64,000 bases of DNA from Candidatus Obscuribacterales bacterium (GTDB lineage: Bacteria; Cyanobacteriota; Vampirovibrionia; Obscuribacterales; Obscuribacteraceae), in NCBI GenBank assembly GCA_965228855.1, contig CBDDIJ010000005.1:128001-192000 (forward strand), in the 5' to 3' direction. Shown piece after piece: positions 51,305 through 61,589 of this stretch. The position numbers and the translations under genes are program-made. The stretch's first letter is position 1; each line of letters opens with the position of its first letter. Under the pieces are notes generated by a model. The model worked only from the letters and a program-made list of their open reading frames with translations. It was not told where the DNA came from and ran no database searches.

Positions 51305-53269
51305 ATGCAACTTAAAGTTTCGCTCGCGTTAATTTCCGCAATTGCGATATCGTTTTACGCCTCGTGCAGACCGGCACCAGCAGTCGATATTGGTTCACAG
51401 TATGCAGCCGGCGTAGAGCAGTACAACAAACGCAATTTCAAGGTAGCACTGCAACACTTCCAGGCATCGCTTGCGCAAGGAAACGGTTCTGCTGCGAACT
51501 ACATCTACATGGGTCATTCTTACGCGGCTCTCGGCAACAGAGAGCAGGCTGTGAAGATGTACAGGAAAGTCCAAAAGTCGTTCAAGGGGCTACCAGCCGC
51601 GACACAGGCAGCCCAATTTATACAAAAGATCGATCCGAAAGGCTTATACCCGGATACCGATGCGACTGCGAATCAAGCCGCGCAAACAGCGATCATCACC
51701 ACTCCTGGCGCTCAGTTGAGACTAAACGAACAGAATCGAAAGGGAACTCGCGGGCCTTCGTTGATAAACAGAATCAACGTAATTGCGCCTACTGTCGCCG
51801 GTCACCCACCGGTCAGCGGTTCAACAGTAGCAACAATCCGGTCCGCAATTTCGAAGATGCACAATAGCACCTATTCCCTATTAGACAATGCCGGCATAAC
51901 GATAAACATCGCGCCCAATTTCAGCGACAAATGGCCTGCGCTTGCCGGTCAGTCAAAGCCGGGAGTGGAGCGCTATACTTACGCAAAATTTCCAGGTCAT
52001 ACCGATGGGCTGGATGTTTATATCTTTGAACGCATGGCGGATGATGCTAGCGGAAAGGAGTTGGAAGAGCCGTTCTCCGCCGCCCAATTGGAAGAAGAAT
52101 TATATATCCAGCTCGGTCATGCTTTAAACAATGCCCTGAGTATTTCCAAAGATCCTGCGTTTATAGCACAGTACGAGCTTGATAAAAGCGCACTTGGAGC
52201 CGACGATAAAAAACGCCAAACACTCTTCGTACAGCCTGATGGAAAGGGAGAAGAAGAGGTATGCGCCACTTCAATTGGCGTGACTTTCGGAGCCGGACCA
52301 TATCGCAATCTCGACAAGTTTTTCAAAAATAGTAAAGACTGGGTCGCGTCACGCATAGATCAGGAGTACAGGGCGCGCTCTAGCATGAGCACGCGAGGTG
52401 CACGCTCGGTCCTTCCCGCAAAGGGCACCACTGGTAGTGTGGTCCTCAAACCGACTGTTCCTGTAACGCCGCAAAAAACGGATCCACCGAAAGAAGCAAC
52501 TCTCGAAATGCCATCGCAGGAACACGTTCCATACACCCGCGACCAGGGAAATCATTTATATGTACGCGGCGCAATCAATGGAAAACACGCGGACATAATG
52601 ATCGATACTGGAGCCTTCAAGGTCCTTATTGGGAAACAAGATCTGCTCGCACTGGGCATCAAAACTCCGGACGGACCATCGGAAATTATAGGTGCCGGAG
52701 CATCCGGCGCTCTGCGCGGCTGGACGATGCCGCTAGAAATTTCCGTTGGAAGAATAAAGCGAAAAATGGATGTGCAAGTGCTCGACGGCCGGCAAACAAT
52801 GCTTCTAGGACAGCCTTTTCTGAGAGGCATGCACTACCAAATCGATCGCAGTCGAGGTTACATTCGGTTTATGCGCGATAGCAGCGATGTGGACAAAGAA
52901 ATTGGGAATGCCGCTTCCATTCCTTTTCGCATGATCGACGGCAACATGATGGTGGAAGCGAAGATCAATGGCGTCAACACCGAAGTGAACTTCGATACAG
53001 GAGCGCCATATACCCTTCTAGCGATGGATGCTATCTGGAAATTCGGTCTGCGCCCGCAAGGAGCGGCGAGAATTGGCGGCGCAGGCGGTAGCGGCAGCAT
53101 GGGCTATGTGAGCCGAGCCGACAGTATTGAGATCGGTCCAATCAAGAAGCGAGACTTCCAGGTCGTCATCGGAACCGCAGTGGGACAACACGTCCTCGGG
53201 CAAGATTTCTTCGGGAATTTGAAGTTTATCGTCGACAACGAGAAGCATGTGATCAGAATCAGGGAGTAA
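51305..53269 (+). CDS. Exported TPR + degenerate zinc-peptidase-like domain + tandem retropepsin-like aspartic protease
   Basis: Signal peptide, TPR, IQLGHALN and GEEEVCA segment, then two D-T-G-A motifs (IMIDTGA, VNFDTGA) each followed by a LLG/VLG-QxF flap motif. Confidence 0.85.
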   Translation: MQLKVSLALISAIAISFYASCRPAPAVDIGSQYAAGVEQYNKRNFKVALQHFQASLAQGNGSAANYIYMGHSYAALGNREQAVKMYRKVQKSFKGLPAATQAAQFIQKIDPKGLYPDTDATANQAAQTAIITTPGAQLRLNEQNRKGTRGPSLINRINVIAPTVAGHPPVSGSTVATIRSAISKMHNSTYSLLDNAGITINIAPNFSDKWPALAGQSKPGVERYTYAKFPGHTDGLDVYIFERMADDASGKELEEPFSAAQLEEELYIQLGHALNNALSISKDPAFIAQYELDKSALGADDKKRQTLFVQPDGKGEEEVCATSIGVTFGAGPYRNLDKFFKNSKDWVASRIDQEYRARSSMSTRGARSVLPAKGTTGSVVLKPTVPVTPQKTDPPKEATLEMPSQEHVPYTRDQGNHLYVRGAINGKHADIMIDTGAFKVLIGKQDLLALGIKTPDGPSEIIGAGASGALRGWTMPLEISVGRIKRKMDVQVLDGRQTMLLGQPFLRGMHYQIDRSRGYIRFMRDSSDVDKEIGNAASIPFRMIDGNMMVEAKINGVNTEVNFDTGAPYTLLAMDAIWKFGLRPQGAARIGGAGGSGSMGYVSRADSIEIGPIKKRDFQVVIGTAVGQHVLGQDFFGNLKFIVDNEKHVIRIRE

Positions 53270-53272
53270 CTG

Positions 53273-53668
53273 TCACGCGCTTGGCTTATTTCTCATTGCC
53301 GCCAGAATTGCAACCGCCACTCTGTTGCCATCGAACGCGTCCTTGATCAGATAGTTGTCGGCGCCTTTGTTCATCGCCTCTGCAAGCATCTCCCGATCAT
53401 CATTACCTGTAATTATGATAATCGGAAGTTGCGGCGAGTGCGCTCGAAGGGTCTCGTAAGTCGTAATACCAAACGAGTCTGGTAAGCCCAAATCCAGAAT
53501 TACAACGTCCACGTTGTCCGAGTCGATTTTCTTCATGCCTCCACCTAGATCAGTGGAGTGAGCAATGTCGAAGTTGATTTCGTTTACCCGTTTCAAAAGA
53601 GATGAAAGCAGCTCCGCGTCAGACGGGCTATCTTCAATTACCAGCAATTTGATGTTCTTGTTTTTCAT
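53273..53668 (-). CDS. Stand-alone response regulator receiver
   Basis: LLVIEDS, VILDLGLPD, ADNYLIK. Confidence 0.9.
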   Translation of the reverse strand: MKNKNIKLLVIEDSPSDAELLSSLLKRVNEINFDIAHSTDLGGGMKKIDSDNVDVVILDLGLPDSFGITTYETLRAHSPQLPIIIITGNDDREMLAEAMNKGADNYLIKDAFDGNRVAVAILAAMRNKPSA

Positions 53669-53782
53669 ATCACGGATTCCTATTCACCTTCGGCTGCTGC
53701 CGATACCTAAATATCCGTCCGAGTCGCATGAGGTGTGCGCAATTTATCTTCGGATCTTTAGACGACGCCATGGTTTCCTTTA

Positions 53783-54229
53783 CTATCTGTCGCCGTTTGG
53801 CGGCAGGGTAACGATGTTGAAATAAAACTGACTGATGCCTTTAGCGACATCAAGGAATTTTTCGAACTCGACCGGCTTTGTAATGAATGAGCTAGCCTGA
53901 AGTTCGTACGATCTCAGGATATCGTGCTCGTCCTCAGAAGTCGTCAGAATTACCACGGGGATAGTTCGAAGACCTGGATCCTTTTTGATCTCTTCAAGCA
54001 CTTCCCGCCCGTCTTTCTTTGGCATGTTTAAATCGAGAAGAATAACGTCCGGTCTCTGTACATCCTTATACTCACCTTCTTTGCGCAGATAAGCCAATGC
54101 TTCGACGCCGTCTTTGACAATCGTCAACTCATTCAACAACTTGCCGTTTTTGAACGCTTGCCGCGCGAGTTCCGCATCAGACGGACTGTCCTCAGCCATC
54201 AGAATCCTAATCGCTCTCTGTTCTGCCAT
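53783..54229 (-). CDS. Rcp1-like stand-alone response regulator
   Basis: ILMAEDSPSD, DGVEALAYL, PDVILLDLNMPKKDGREVL, IPVVILTTS, FITKP. Confidence 0.92.
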   Translation of the reverse strand: MAEQRAIRILMAEDSPSDAELARQAFKNGKLLNELTIVKDGVEALAYLRKEGEYKDVQRPDVILLDLNMPKKDGREVLEEIKKDPGLRTIPVVILTTSEDEHDILRSYELQASSFITKPVEFEKFLDVAKGISQFYFNIVTLPPNGDR

Positions 54230-55661
54230 CTTCCTCTCCTTCGATCGCGGTTAATGACGCATTAGTCGGTATTGTGAAATAAAAGGTAGAGCCTTTACCT
54301 ATCTCGGACTCTGCCCAAATGCGGCCGCCGTGGCGCTCGATAATCTTCTTGCACAACGCCAAACCGATTCCTGTGCCTTTATACTCTTCGCGCCCGTGAA
54401 GTCGCTGGAAGATAATAAAGATCCTGTCTACATGCTCTGGTTCAAAACCGATACCATTGTCCTTCACGCTAAACAGCCACTCATCGTCTTTTTGGGTAGC
54501 TGACACGTGCACCTTTGGTTTCTCAGAGCCCTTGAATTTTATTGCATTGCCGATCAGATTCTGAAAAACCTGGGACAGCTGCCCCTCATCGCCCATAAGT
54601 TCAGGCAGATCGGACGATGTCAATTCAGCTTTACTTTCTTCTATGAGCACACTCAAATCGCGCTTCGCTTGATTGAACGCTTTATTTGTATCGATCAGTT
54701 CAAGAGGCTTGCCGCGCGATTCGACACGAGCGTATGCAAGTAAATCATTGATTAGATTTCTCATTCGCGTGGAACCTTCCACAGCGTGATTTATCCAACC
54801 TTCGCTCTCTTCGTCCAGAGTCCCTTTGTGCTTGCTTGCGATCAGAGTAACGAAACCTGCCACCGCGCGTAGTGGCTCCTGGAGATCGTGAGAAGCGACA
54901 TAGGCAAACCGCTGGAGGTCGGCGTTGGAACTAGTAAGTTTTGCGGTCGTGAGTTGCAAAGCCTCTTCGGTCTTCTTACGCTGCTCGATTTCCTCGACCA
55001 GCGTGGTATTCAGCTCATTGAGCAAGTCGACTCGCCGTTTCTCGTCCTCAATTGCCGTTCGAGTGATCGTGAACACCCAGCCGAGGAGACCGCCGCCCAG
55101 AACCGTGAGCATGCCGGTGGCGACCCATAGCGCGGCCTGAGCATTCTGCAAATCACGAACTCGCGCATCCAACAACGACTGCTCGGCGCTAATCATCTCG
55201 TTAACGAGAACTCGATACGCATCCATGATGCGTTTTCCCTTACCCTCACTTACCAGAGTTTTAGCGATGTCAGTTTCCACAGCAATAGTTTCCGCTGCGA
55301 ACTGCAGCTTCTCCTTTGCGAGGTCGCGTAATTTCTGGACACGCTGCTGCTGCTCGCGGTTATCATGGGTCAACTCTTCAACCCGGGCGATGTGCTTAAG
55401 GATCTCAAGTCGGCCTCGATTATACGGGGCCAAATACTCCGCGTTTTTCGACAGTATGTAACCCCTGTCTCCTGTTTCGACGTCCAAAAGTGCTGTCAGC
55501 GAATCCTTGAGTTCGCCAATAACCTGATGCGTATGAATCGTCCACCGATCAAGGTCGGCAAGCCGAAACGACAGAAACCCGAGCCCGCCGAGAGTTATGA
55601 GAAATATGACTCCGGCAGCAATTAAGCCGTGCAAAGTCTTCTGTATGACTGTCTGCGTCAT
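54207..55661 (-). CDS. CHASE3 sensor histidine kinase (Cph1-like kinase core)
   Basis: W..HTHQV, DVETGDRGYIL..YLAPY, GKRIMDAYR; FAYVASHDLQEPLR, QVFQNLIGNAIKF, FQRLH, GTGIGLALCK. Confidence 0.93.
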   Translation of the reverse strand: MTQTVIQKTLHGLIAAGVIFLITLGGLGFLSFRLADLDRWTIHTHQVIGELKDSLTALLDVETGDRGYILSKNAEYLAPYNRGRLEILKHIARVEELTHDNREQQQRVQKLRDLAKEKLQFAAETIAVETDIAKTLVSEGKGKRIMDAYRVLVNEMISAEQSLLDARVRDLQNAQAALWVATGMLTVLGGGLLGWVFTITRTAIEDEKRRVDLLNELNTTLVEEIEQRKKTEEALQLTTAKLTSSNADLQRFAYVASHDLQEPLRAVAGFVTLIASKHKGTLDEESEGWINHAVEGSTRMRNLINDLLAYARVESRGKPLELIDTNKAFNQAKRDLSVLIEESKAELTSSDLPELMGDEGQLSQVFQNLIGNAIKFKGSEKPKVHVSATQKDDEWLFSVKDNGIGFEPEHVDRIFIIFQRLHGREEYKGTGIGLALCKKIIERHGGRIWAESEIGKGSTFYFTIPTNASLTAIEGEEDGRTESD

Positions 55662-55923
55662 AAACCCCCACAGGCAATTATCCTTGCCTCACATTCACTC
55701 GCGTAATTTTGGGGCAACTCCTAAATTCTAACCACACTCCTATTTATATGGTGGAGATTTCGGGATAAAAATTTTTTGGGACATTCCTGGCTCTGCTCAA
55801 AATGGACAAAACCTGTATCCAATTAACGACAGCCGAAAACGGTAGCGGGTTTACCGATATCGCCACGCAAACGTAGCCGATATGCGACGCTCGCTTTCCG
55901 CAAATCGCCACCGGATATGGTAT

Positions 55924-58900
55924 CTAATTGGCGACGACAGCCTCTGCGGTTTCCGGCGTCAAAGTTTTTTTGCGGCGAACAATATATTTCGCAACTACTG
56001 GCAACAAAAACAGCGTCAGAATTGTTGCAGGCAAAATTCCGCATGAAATCACGATAGCGAATGGCTTTTGGCTCTGCGAACCGATGCCGTTCGACAGTGC
56101 CGCCGGAGCCAACCCCACAGCCGCAACCAGAGCAGCGATCAGCACGGCGTTGAGTTTGTTGCGGGCGGCAAGAGCGATACTTTCCTCAACACCAGCGCCA
56201 CCCGTCTGTAAGAGATCCCGCATGGTCGAGACGATTATTACAGCATTTTGAATCGAGAGCCCGAAAAGAGCGATAAGTCCCACACCGCTTGAGATGCTCA
56301 CATGAGTTCCCGAAACGAAAAGAACCACTAACGCCACAGCCGCGGCGACGGGAACTGCCGTCATAGTCAATAATGCCAACTCGGCAGAGTTGAAGGCGAA
56401 GTAGAGGAGGGTGAAAATCAGGAGCAAAGTAACGGGAACCACAACTGCAAGTGTTTTTCCAGCGGCCTCCGCTCTAGTAAACTCCCCGGCATAAGAGAGC
56501 GAGTAACCGGCCGGCAGCGCAATTTGAGATTTGATCTTCTGCTGTGTTTCGAGGACCGCGGATCCCAGGTCCCGTCCTCGAATATTCGAATAAACAGCGA
56601 TTCTGCGCTTGTTCGACTCCCTGAGAATCGAATTTGCCCCTTCAACCATTTTCAAACTGGCAAGCTGACGAAGTGGAATTTTGACGCCACTTGGAGAAGA
56701 CACCAGGAGGTCGCCCACATGAGTGTAGTCACCTCTATAAGCCTCTTTGGCCCGCAAGACGACATCGAAGCGCCGCTCGCCATCGATGACCCGAGTGACA
56801 GCTTTGCCGCCAATCGAGGTTTCGACAATGTCCAAGATGTCGGATGTCGAGATTCCATGGCGCGCCGCGCGCTCGCGATCGATTTCAATTGTCAATTGCG
56901 GCTGCCCGGTCAAATTATCGTGAGCAATGTCGACGATACCAGGGACGGTGCGCAAAACATCTGAGACTTCATCAGCCAGCGATTCCAACTTGTTTATGTC
57001 CGGTCCGAATATCTTGACTGCGTACTCACCATTTTTAACCCCGGACATGGCTTCTTCCATGGAGTCCTTGATGCACTGTGAGAAGTTCATGATTAACCCC
57101 GGGACTTCTCTGTCCAATTTTTTTTGCATCGAATCGACAAGCGCTTCTTTACTCGGGAATTCCTTGCGCCACTCCTCCTGCGGATTCAAATTTACAAGAA
57201 CCTCAATCATGTTATAGGGGTTTGGATCCGTTCCATCATCGGGTGAACCAATCTGCGTCAATGCGCTTTTGGTTTCAGGAAAAGAACGCATTACGTGACG
57301 AATGTCACGAGCTATTTCGACCGAGCGCTCGAGGGTGACACTGGGAGGCAGAATGTAAACGGTCAGCCAAATGTTGCCTTCTTCCAGCTCAGGTATAAAC
57401 TCGGAACCGAGAAACGGCACCAGGCAACCAGCAGTAGTGGCGAGAATGAGAAAACCGGCAATAACGGTCTTGGAGTACTTTTGAAGTTTCGGCACAACCG
57501 CACCGTAACAGTGCTCCAACATTAGCACGACGGGACTTTCCCTGGGTTTCGGCGGACGATTTTTAAAGACCACATAACACACCACAGGTAGTACCGATAT
57601 GGTCGTGATTGCGGCGACGACCAGCACGAGATTCATCAAAACTGCCAGCGGTTTGAATAATCTTCCCTCAACGTGTTCGAAGCTGAGGATGGGCAAAAAT
57701 GTCATCGCAATGATTAGCGTTGAAAAAATTACAGGCTTCGCAACCTCAGCAGCGGCAGTGCAAATTGCGTCTCTGACTTCCCTGGGTGACGCGTTCGGGA
57801 TAGTGCCGAGACGACGATTGATGTTTTCAATCATGATGACAGCGCCATCAACGATGATACCGAAGTCGATGGCACCAAGCGAGAGCAGATTAGCAGGTAT
57901 GTTCATGCCGCGCATGAGAATGCTTGCGCCTAATAGAGCGCATGGAATGACGATCGCGCATATCAACGCGCTACGAATTTGCAACAGGAAAAACATCAAA
58001 ATGAGAACGACCAGGACAATACCCTCGCCAACGTTGTGACCGATTGTTCCCACGGTCTTATTGACTAAAGCTGTTCTATCCTGCAAAACTTCCATGTGCA
58101 TGCCCTTCGGCAACTGGCTCTGGAAGTCGTTCCACACCTCATTCAAGTTGTTAATCACTCGCGAAGGGTTGTCGCCACGTCGCATCATCAAGATGCCTTC
58201 GACTGCATCATCGTCTTCGTTTAAACCAACTTGGCCTTTGCGCACAGCGTCTGAAATTTTCACATCAGCGACGTCCTGAACCCTTATAGGAACGCCTTCT
58301 GCGCTGTTGCGAATTACAACATTGCCGACATCCTTTGCTGACTTCAGTAGTCCCAAACCACGAACCATATATCTTTGATCGTTATGGACGATGTAGCTAC
58401 CGCCGGTAGAGTCATTGGCTCGGGCTATAGCCGCAGAAACCTCGTTCTGACTCAATCCCAGAGCCTGCAGATGCCCAGGGTCCATTTCAACGAGATAAAT
58501 CTTGGTCGGTCCGCCGAAACCCGTCGAATCAACAATCCCATCGACGGATTTGAAGAGACGCGCCAGGAGCCAGTCTTGAACCTCCTTACGGTCACGCGAC
58601 GACCAATCTTTTCCCTGCAGCGTATAGCGAAAAATTTCACCGACGGCGCTTGCGTTTGGATCAAGATGCGGCTCGACATAATCGGGAATATCGGCCTGCG
58701 ATATGCGTTCAAGAACCTGTTGTCTAGCTGTATAAGGCTCAACCTCATCGTCGAAAACAATCGTAATTACGGATAATCCAAAAATCGAAATCGAGCGTGG
58801 CGGTTTCGCATGCGGAATGCCGTTGACCTCTTTTTCAATCGGAATAGTAACGAGGCGCTCGACTTCTTCAGGCGCTTTTCCCGGAAGCTGAGAGATGACC

Positions 58901-59067
58901 CGAACCTGCATGTTCGCGACATCCGGATAAGCCTCCAGCGGAAGGTTCTTATAAGATATTACGCCGAGAATAATAACGGCGATTACGACGAAAAGAACAA
59001 AATACTGCTTCGATATCAGCGCGCTGACGAAACGGTAGAAGAACGGTTTATTGTTAGAGGTTTCCAT
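55924..59067 (-). CDS. CusA/CzcA-family RND efflux transporter
   Basis: LPLEAYPDV, APEEVERLVTIPIE, NLLSLGAIDFGIIVDGAVIMIENI, EGRLFKPLA, GSEFIPELEEG. Confidence 0.93.
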   Translation of the reverse strand: METSNNKPFFYRFVSALISKQYFVLFVVIAVIILGVISYKNLPLEAYPDVANMQVRVISQLPGKAPEEVERLVTIPIEKEVNGIPHAKPPRSISIFGLSVITIVFDDEVEPYTARQQVLERISQADIPDYVEPHLDPNASAVGEIFRYTLQGKDWSSRDRKEVQDWLLARLFKSVDGIVDSTGFGGPTKIYLVEMDPGHLQALGLSQNEVSAAIARANDSTGGSYIVHNDQRYMVRGLGLLKSAKDVGNVVIRNSAEGVPIRVQDVADVKISDAVRKGQVGLNEDDDAVEGILMMRRGDNPSRVINNLNEVWNDFQSQLPKGMHMEVLQDRTALVNKTVGTIGHNVGEGIVLVVLILMFFLLQIRSALICAIVIPCALLGASILMRGMNIPANLLSLGAIDFGIIVDGAVIMIENINRRLGTIPNASPREVRDAICTAAAEVAKPVIFSTLIIAMTFLPILSFEHVEGRLFKPLAVLMNLVLVVAAITTISVLPVVCYVVFKNRPPKPRESPVVLMLEHCYGAVVPKLQKYSKTVIAGFLILATTAGCLVPFLGSEFIPELEEGNIWLTVYILPPSVTLERSVEIARDIRHVMRSFPETKSALTQIGSPDDGTDPNPYNMIEVLVNLNPQEEWRKEFPSKEALVDSMQKKLDREVPGLIMNFSQCIKDSMEEAMSGVKNGEYAVKIFGPDINKLESLADEVSDVLRTVPGIVDIAHDNLTGQPQLTIEIDRERAARHGISTSDILDIVETSIGGKAVTRVIDGERRFDVVLRAKEAYRGDYTHVGDLLVSSPSGVKIPLRQLASLKMVEGANSILRESNKRRIAVYSNIRGRDLGSAVLETQQKIKSQIALPAGYSLSYAGEFTRAEAAGKTLAVVVPVTLLLIFTLLYFAFNSAELALLTMTAVPVAAAVALVVLFVSGTHVSISSGVGLIALFGLSIQNAVIIVSTMRDLLQTGGAGVEESIALAARNKLNAVLIAALVAAVGLAPAALSNGIGSQSQKPFAIVISCGILPATILTLFLLPVVAKYIVRRKKTLTPETAEAVVAN

Positions 59068-59099
59068 TTAAACCGGTTGGCAGCAATAGAAGTGCAATT

Positions 59100-60479
59100 T
59101 TAATAGCGTCCCTGCTTCAGTGCCTGCGACCTCAAAGTGAAAGAGCCATTGACGACAACTTTGTCGCCGGCTTTGAGACCCTTCAAGACTTCGACAAAAC
59201 CGCCGGCATCCTCGCCGACTGTGATTCTCCGTTCTTCGAACTGACCGTTTGAGAGCGGGATGTATACGACCTTTTCGGAACCTGCGTCCTGAATCGCCGA
59301 TGCGGGAATCGCTAAGACCGCGCGTTTTTCTCCGAAGACTTTCATACGGGCGAACATTTTCGGTTTTAGCTTAAAACCGGGATTACCCACGATTGCCCTG
59401 ACTGCGAGCGTTCGTGTGTCCGGATTGATCGTGCCGGCTACATAATCGAGTTTGCCAGTGAACGTCTTGTTCGGAAAGCAATCAACTTTGAATTCGATAT
59501 TTTGACCAGCTTTTACGCTCTGGACGTCCTGTTCGAAGATGTCCGCCACAAGCCAGAGATTATCAATATCGTCTACAACGAACAATGAGTGGGAAGGGTC
59601 CACAAGTTCGCCGAGATTAACATTCCGTTCTAAGACAATCCCGGCCTGCGGGGTTTGAATCGGAATCATGTTGATTACACTGCGATCCTTCAGGATTTTG
59701 CTAATCGTACTGCTCGGCATCCCAAGCACCATAAGCTTCTGCTCGAGAGACTCGCGCGCGAGACGTTTCTTGTTGTCAGCTATGGCTTCTGCCTTCGCCT
59801 TCTTCTGGTTAAGAGCTTCAATAGTCAGACCATGCTGCTCGAACTCCGTTTGCGCCGATTCGAGAGCGGCCTGGGAACCAATCTTTTCATCGAGAAGGAG
59901 CTTGGCGCGCTCGAACTGTTTGCGACACAATGCTAGCTGCGACTCGGTCTGTTTCAAGTCAAAATCAATTTGCATCTTATCGCTGGCAAGCTGAGAATCA
60001 ATGTCGGTTTCTGCCTTAAACAGATCGGTCACCAGGGAGCCGATCTCCTGACTGGTGATGGTGGCGAGGACCTGACCCTTTTTCACAGTATCACCCAGAT
60101 TCGCCGACACAGCCGTGACTTTGCCGGAGATGGGCGGACTTACACGGGTTACAGCATTGGCGTTGGCCTGAAGCTGGGCGGTTGCTTCTATAAGATGATC
60201 CAGAGCGCGTGTTCTGGCAACATCGACTTTAATTTTAGACAGGGCATTAGGCTGTTCGGCGAGCGAGACTATCGTCCTGGTGGATGGCTTCGGCGCAGGG
60301 ACAGGCGAGCCACTGTAGGCGTGTACGGGATGGACGTTCAATAAGGTCTCAGACTTACAGCCGGTCAATAAAACTGCAGACAAGAAGCTCATGCTCAACA
60401 AGCATTTACGAACGTCGGCGACTTTTATACTCGGCTTCGGCAACTCTGGTTTCCCCGCTTCTGTCATAATTGTAGTCAC
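59100..60479 (-). CDS. RND periplasmic adaptor (MFP), probable lipoprotein
   Basis: LLTGC lipobox; biotinyl-lipoyl halves (GKVTAV..GDTVKKGQ, GIVLERNVNLGELV); LKPKMFA; GLKAGDKVVVNG. Confidence 0.92.
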   Translation of the reverse strand: MTTIMTEAGKPELPKPSIKVADVRKCLLSMSFLSAVLLTGCKSETLLNVHPVHAYSGSPVPAPKPSTRTIVSLAEQPNALSKIKVDVARTRALDHLIEATAQLQANANAVTRVSPPISGKVTAVSANLGDTVKKGQVLATITSQEIGSLVTDLFKAETDIDSQLASDKMQIDFDLKQTESQLALCRKQFERAKLLLDEKIGSQAALESAQTEFEQHGLTIEALNQKKAKAEAIADNKKRLARESLEQKLMVLGMPSSTISKILKDRSVINMIPIQTPQAGIVLERNVNLGELVDPSHSLFVVDDIDNLWLVADIFEQDVQSVKAGQNIEFKVDCFPNKTFTGKLDYVAGTINPDTRTLAVRAIVGNPGFKLKPKMFARMKVFGEKRAVLAIPASAIQDAGSEKVVYIPLSNGQFEERRITVGEDAGGFVEVLKGLKAGDKVVVNGSFTLRSQALKQGRY

Positions 60480-60905
60480 TATAAAACGCCCCGCAAGCGC
60501 TTCTGTGACAGGCTTGTGATCGTTTCCAATAATTATTTTCGCGATACAAAACCGCTTAGCGGAAATCGTTTTTTCTAGATTGCTGGTGTTGGCTCTATTA
60601 CATCCTACTAATCCGTGACTTGCAAACGGCTTTCGCTGTTTCTGAAAGGTTGAAAGGACAATTCTTTCGCGGCGAAATCAACGCTTGAGAAGGACACGAA
60701 TGGAATAGAGTCGCAGAAGGTTTGATTACAGGTTTGTAATGGTTTAGGACGAAAACATTGGAACTTATGATCGACTTATGATCAAAGGTTACAACGGACA
60801 CCGCATTTAGTACCATGGCAGTGTCCTGGCTCGTTTTTGGAAAAACGCACTTGCGATTGCAAAGCCTCGACATAATAAAACCCGCCCATCATCCGCTTAA
60901 CTGAT

Positions 60906-61589
60906 ATGAGAATACTGGTCGTCGAAGACGATTTTCGCATCGTTAAACCCTTGAAAGAGGATTTGGAGCACCAAAAATATGTCGTCGATTATGCGTTAGA
61001 CGGCGAGCAGGCTTGGGAGCTCTGCAATTCGGAAGCGTATGACCTCATACTGCTCGATTGGATGCTGCCGAAGCTAGACGGTGTCACACTCTGCCAAAAA
61101 CTGAGACAGAACGGTTACGCAGGCAAGATCCTGATGCTGACGGCACGCGGTGAAAAGCTGGACAAAATATATGGACTGGATGCCGGTGCCGATGACTATG
61201 TAGTGAAACCATTCGACCTGGAAGAACTTGGCGCCAGAATTAGAGCCCATCTTCGCCGTAACAGTCAAACAAACACAACCTTGAATGTGGGCGACTTAAA
61301 AGCTGACCTGAAATCGGCCGATATCAAATATAGAGGCGGAAAAGTTGACCTCACACCAACCGAATATCGGCTTTTGTTGACCTTCTTGCGTAATCCGGGA
61401 CAGACGTTCAGTGCTCGAGATTTAATCGAAAAACTCTGGCACTTCGAGGAAGCGCCCACTGAATCCGTGATAAAGTCTCACATCAAAGGTTTGCGCAACA
61501 AGCTATTCCGCGCAGGCTGCCCGAAGAATACCGTTGAAACTGTTTTCGGCTTCGGTTACCGATTAAAATTGGTCGACAGCAACTATTAA
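60906..61589 (+). CDS. OmpR/PhoB-family response regulator
   Basis: ILVVEDD, LLDWMLP, GADDYVVKPF, LTPTEYRLL, ETVFGFGYRL. Confidence 0.95.
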   Translation: MRILVVEDDFRIVKPLKEDLEHQKYVVDYALDGEQAWELCNSEAYDLILLDWMLPKLDGVTLCQKLRQNGYAGKILMLTARGEKLDKIYGLDAGADDYVVKPFDLEELGARIRAHLRRNSQTNTTLNVGDLKADLKSADIKYRGGKVDLTPTEYRLLLTFLRNPGQTFSARDLIEKLWHFEEAPTESVIKSHIKGLRNKLFRAGCPKNTVETVFGFGYRLKLVDSNY

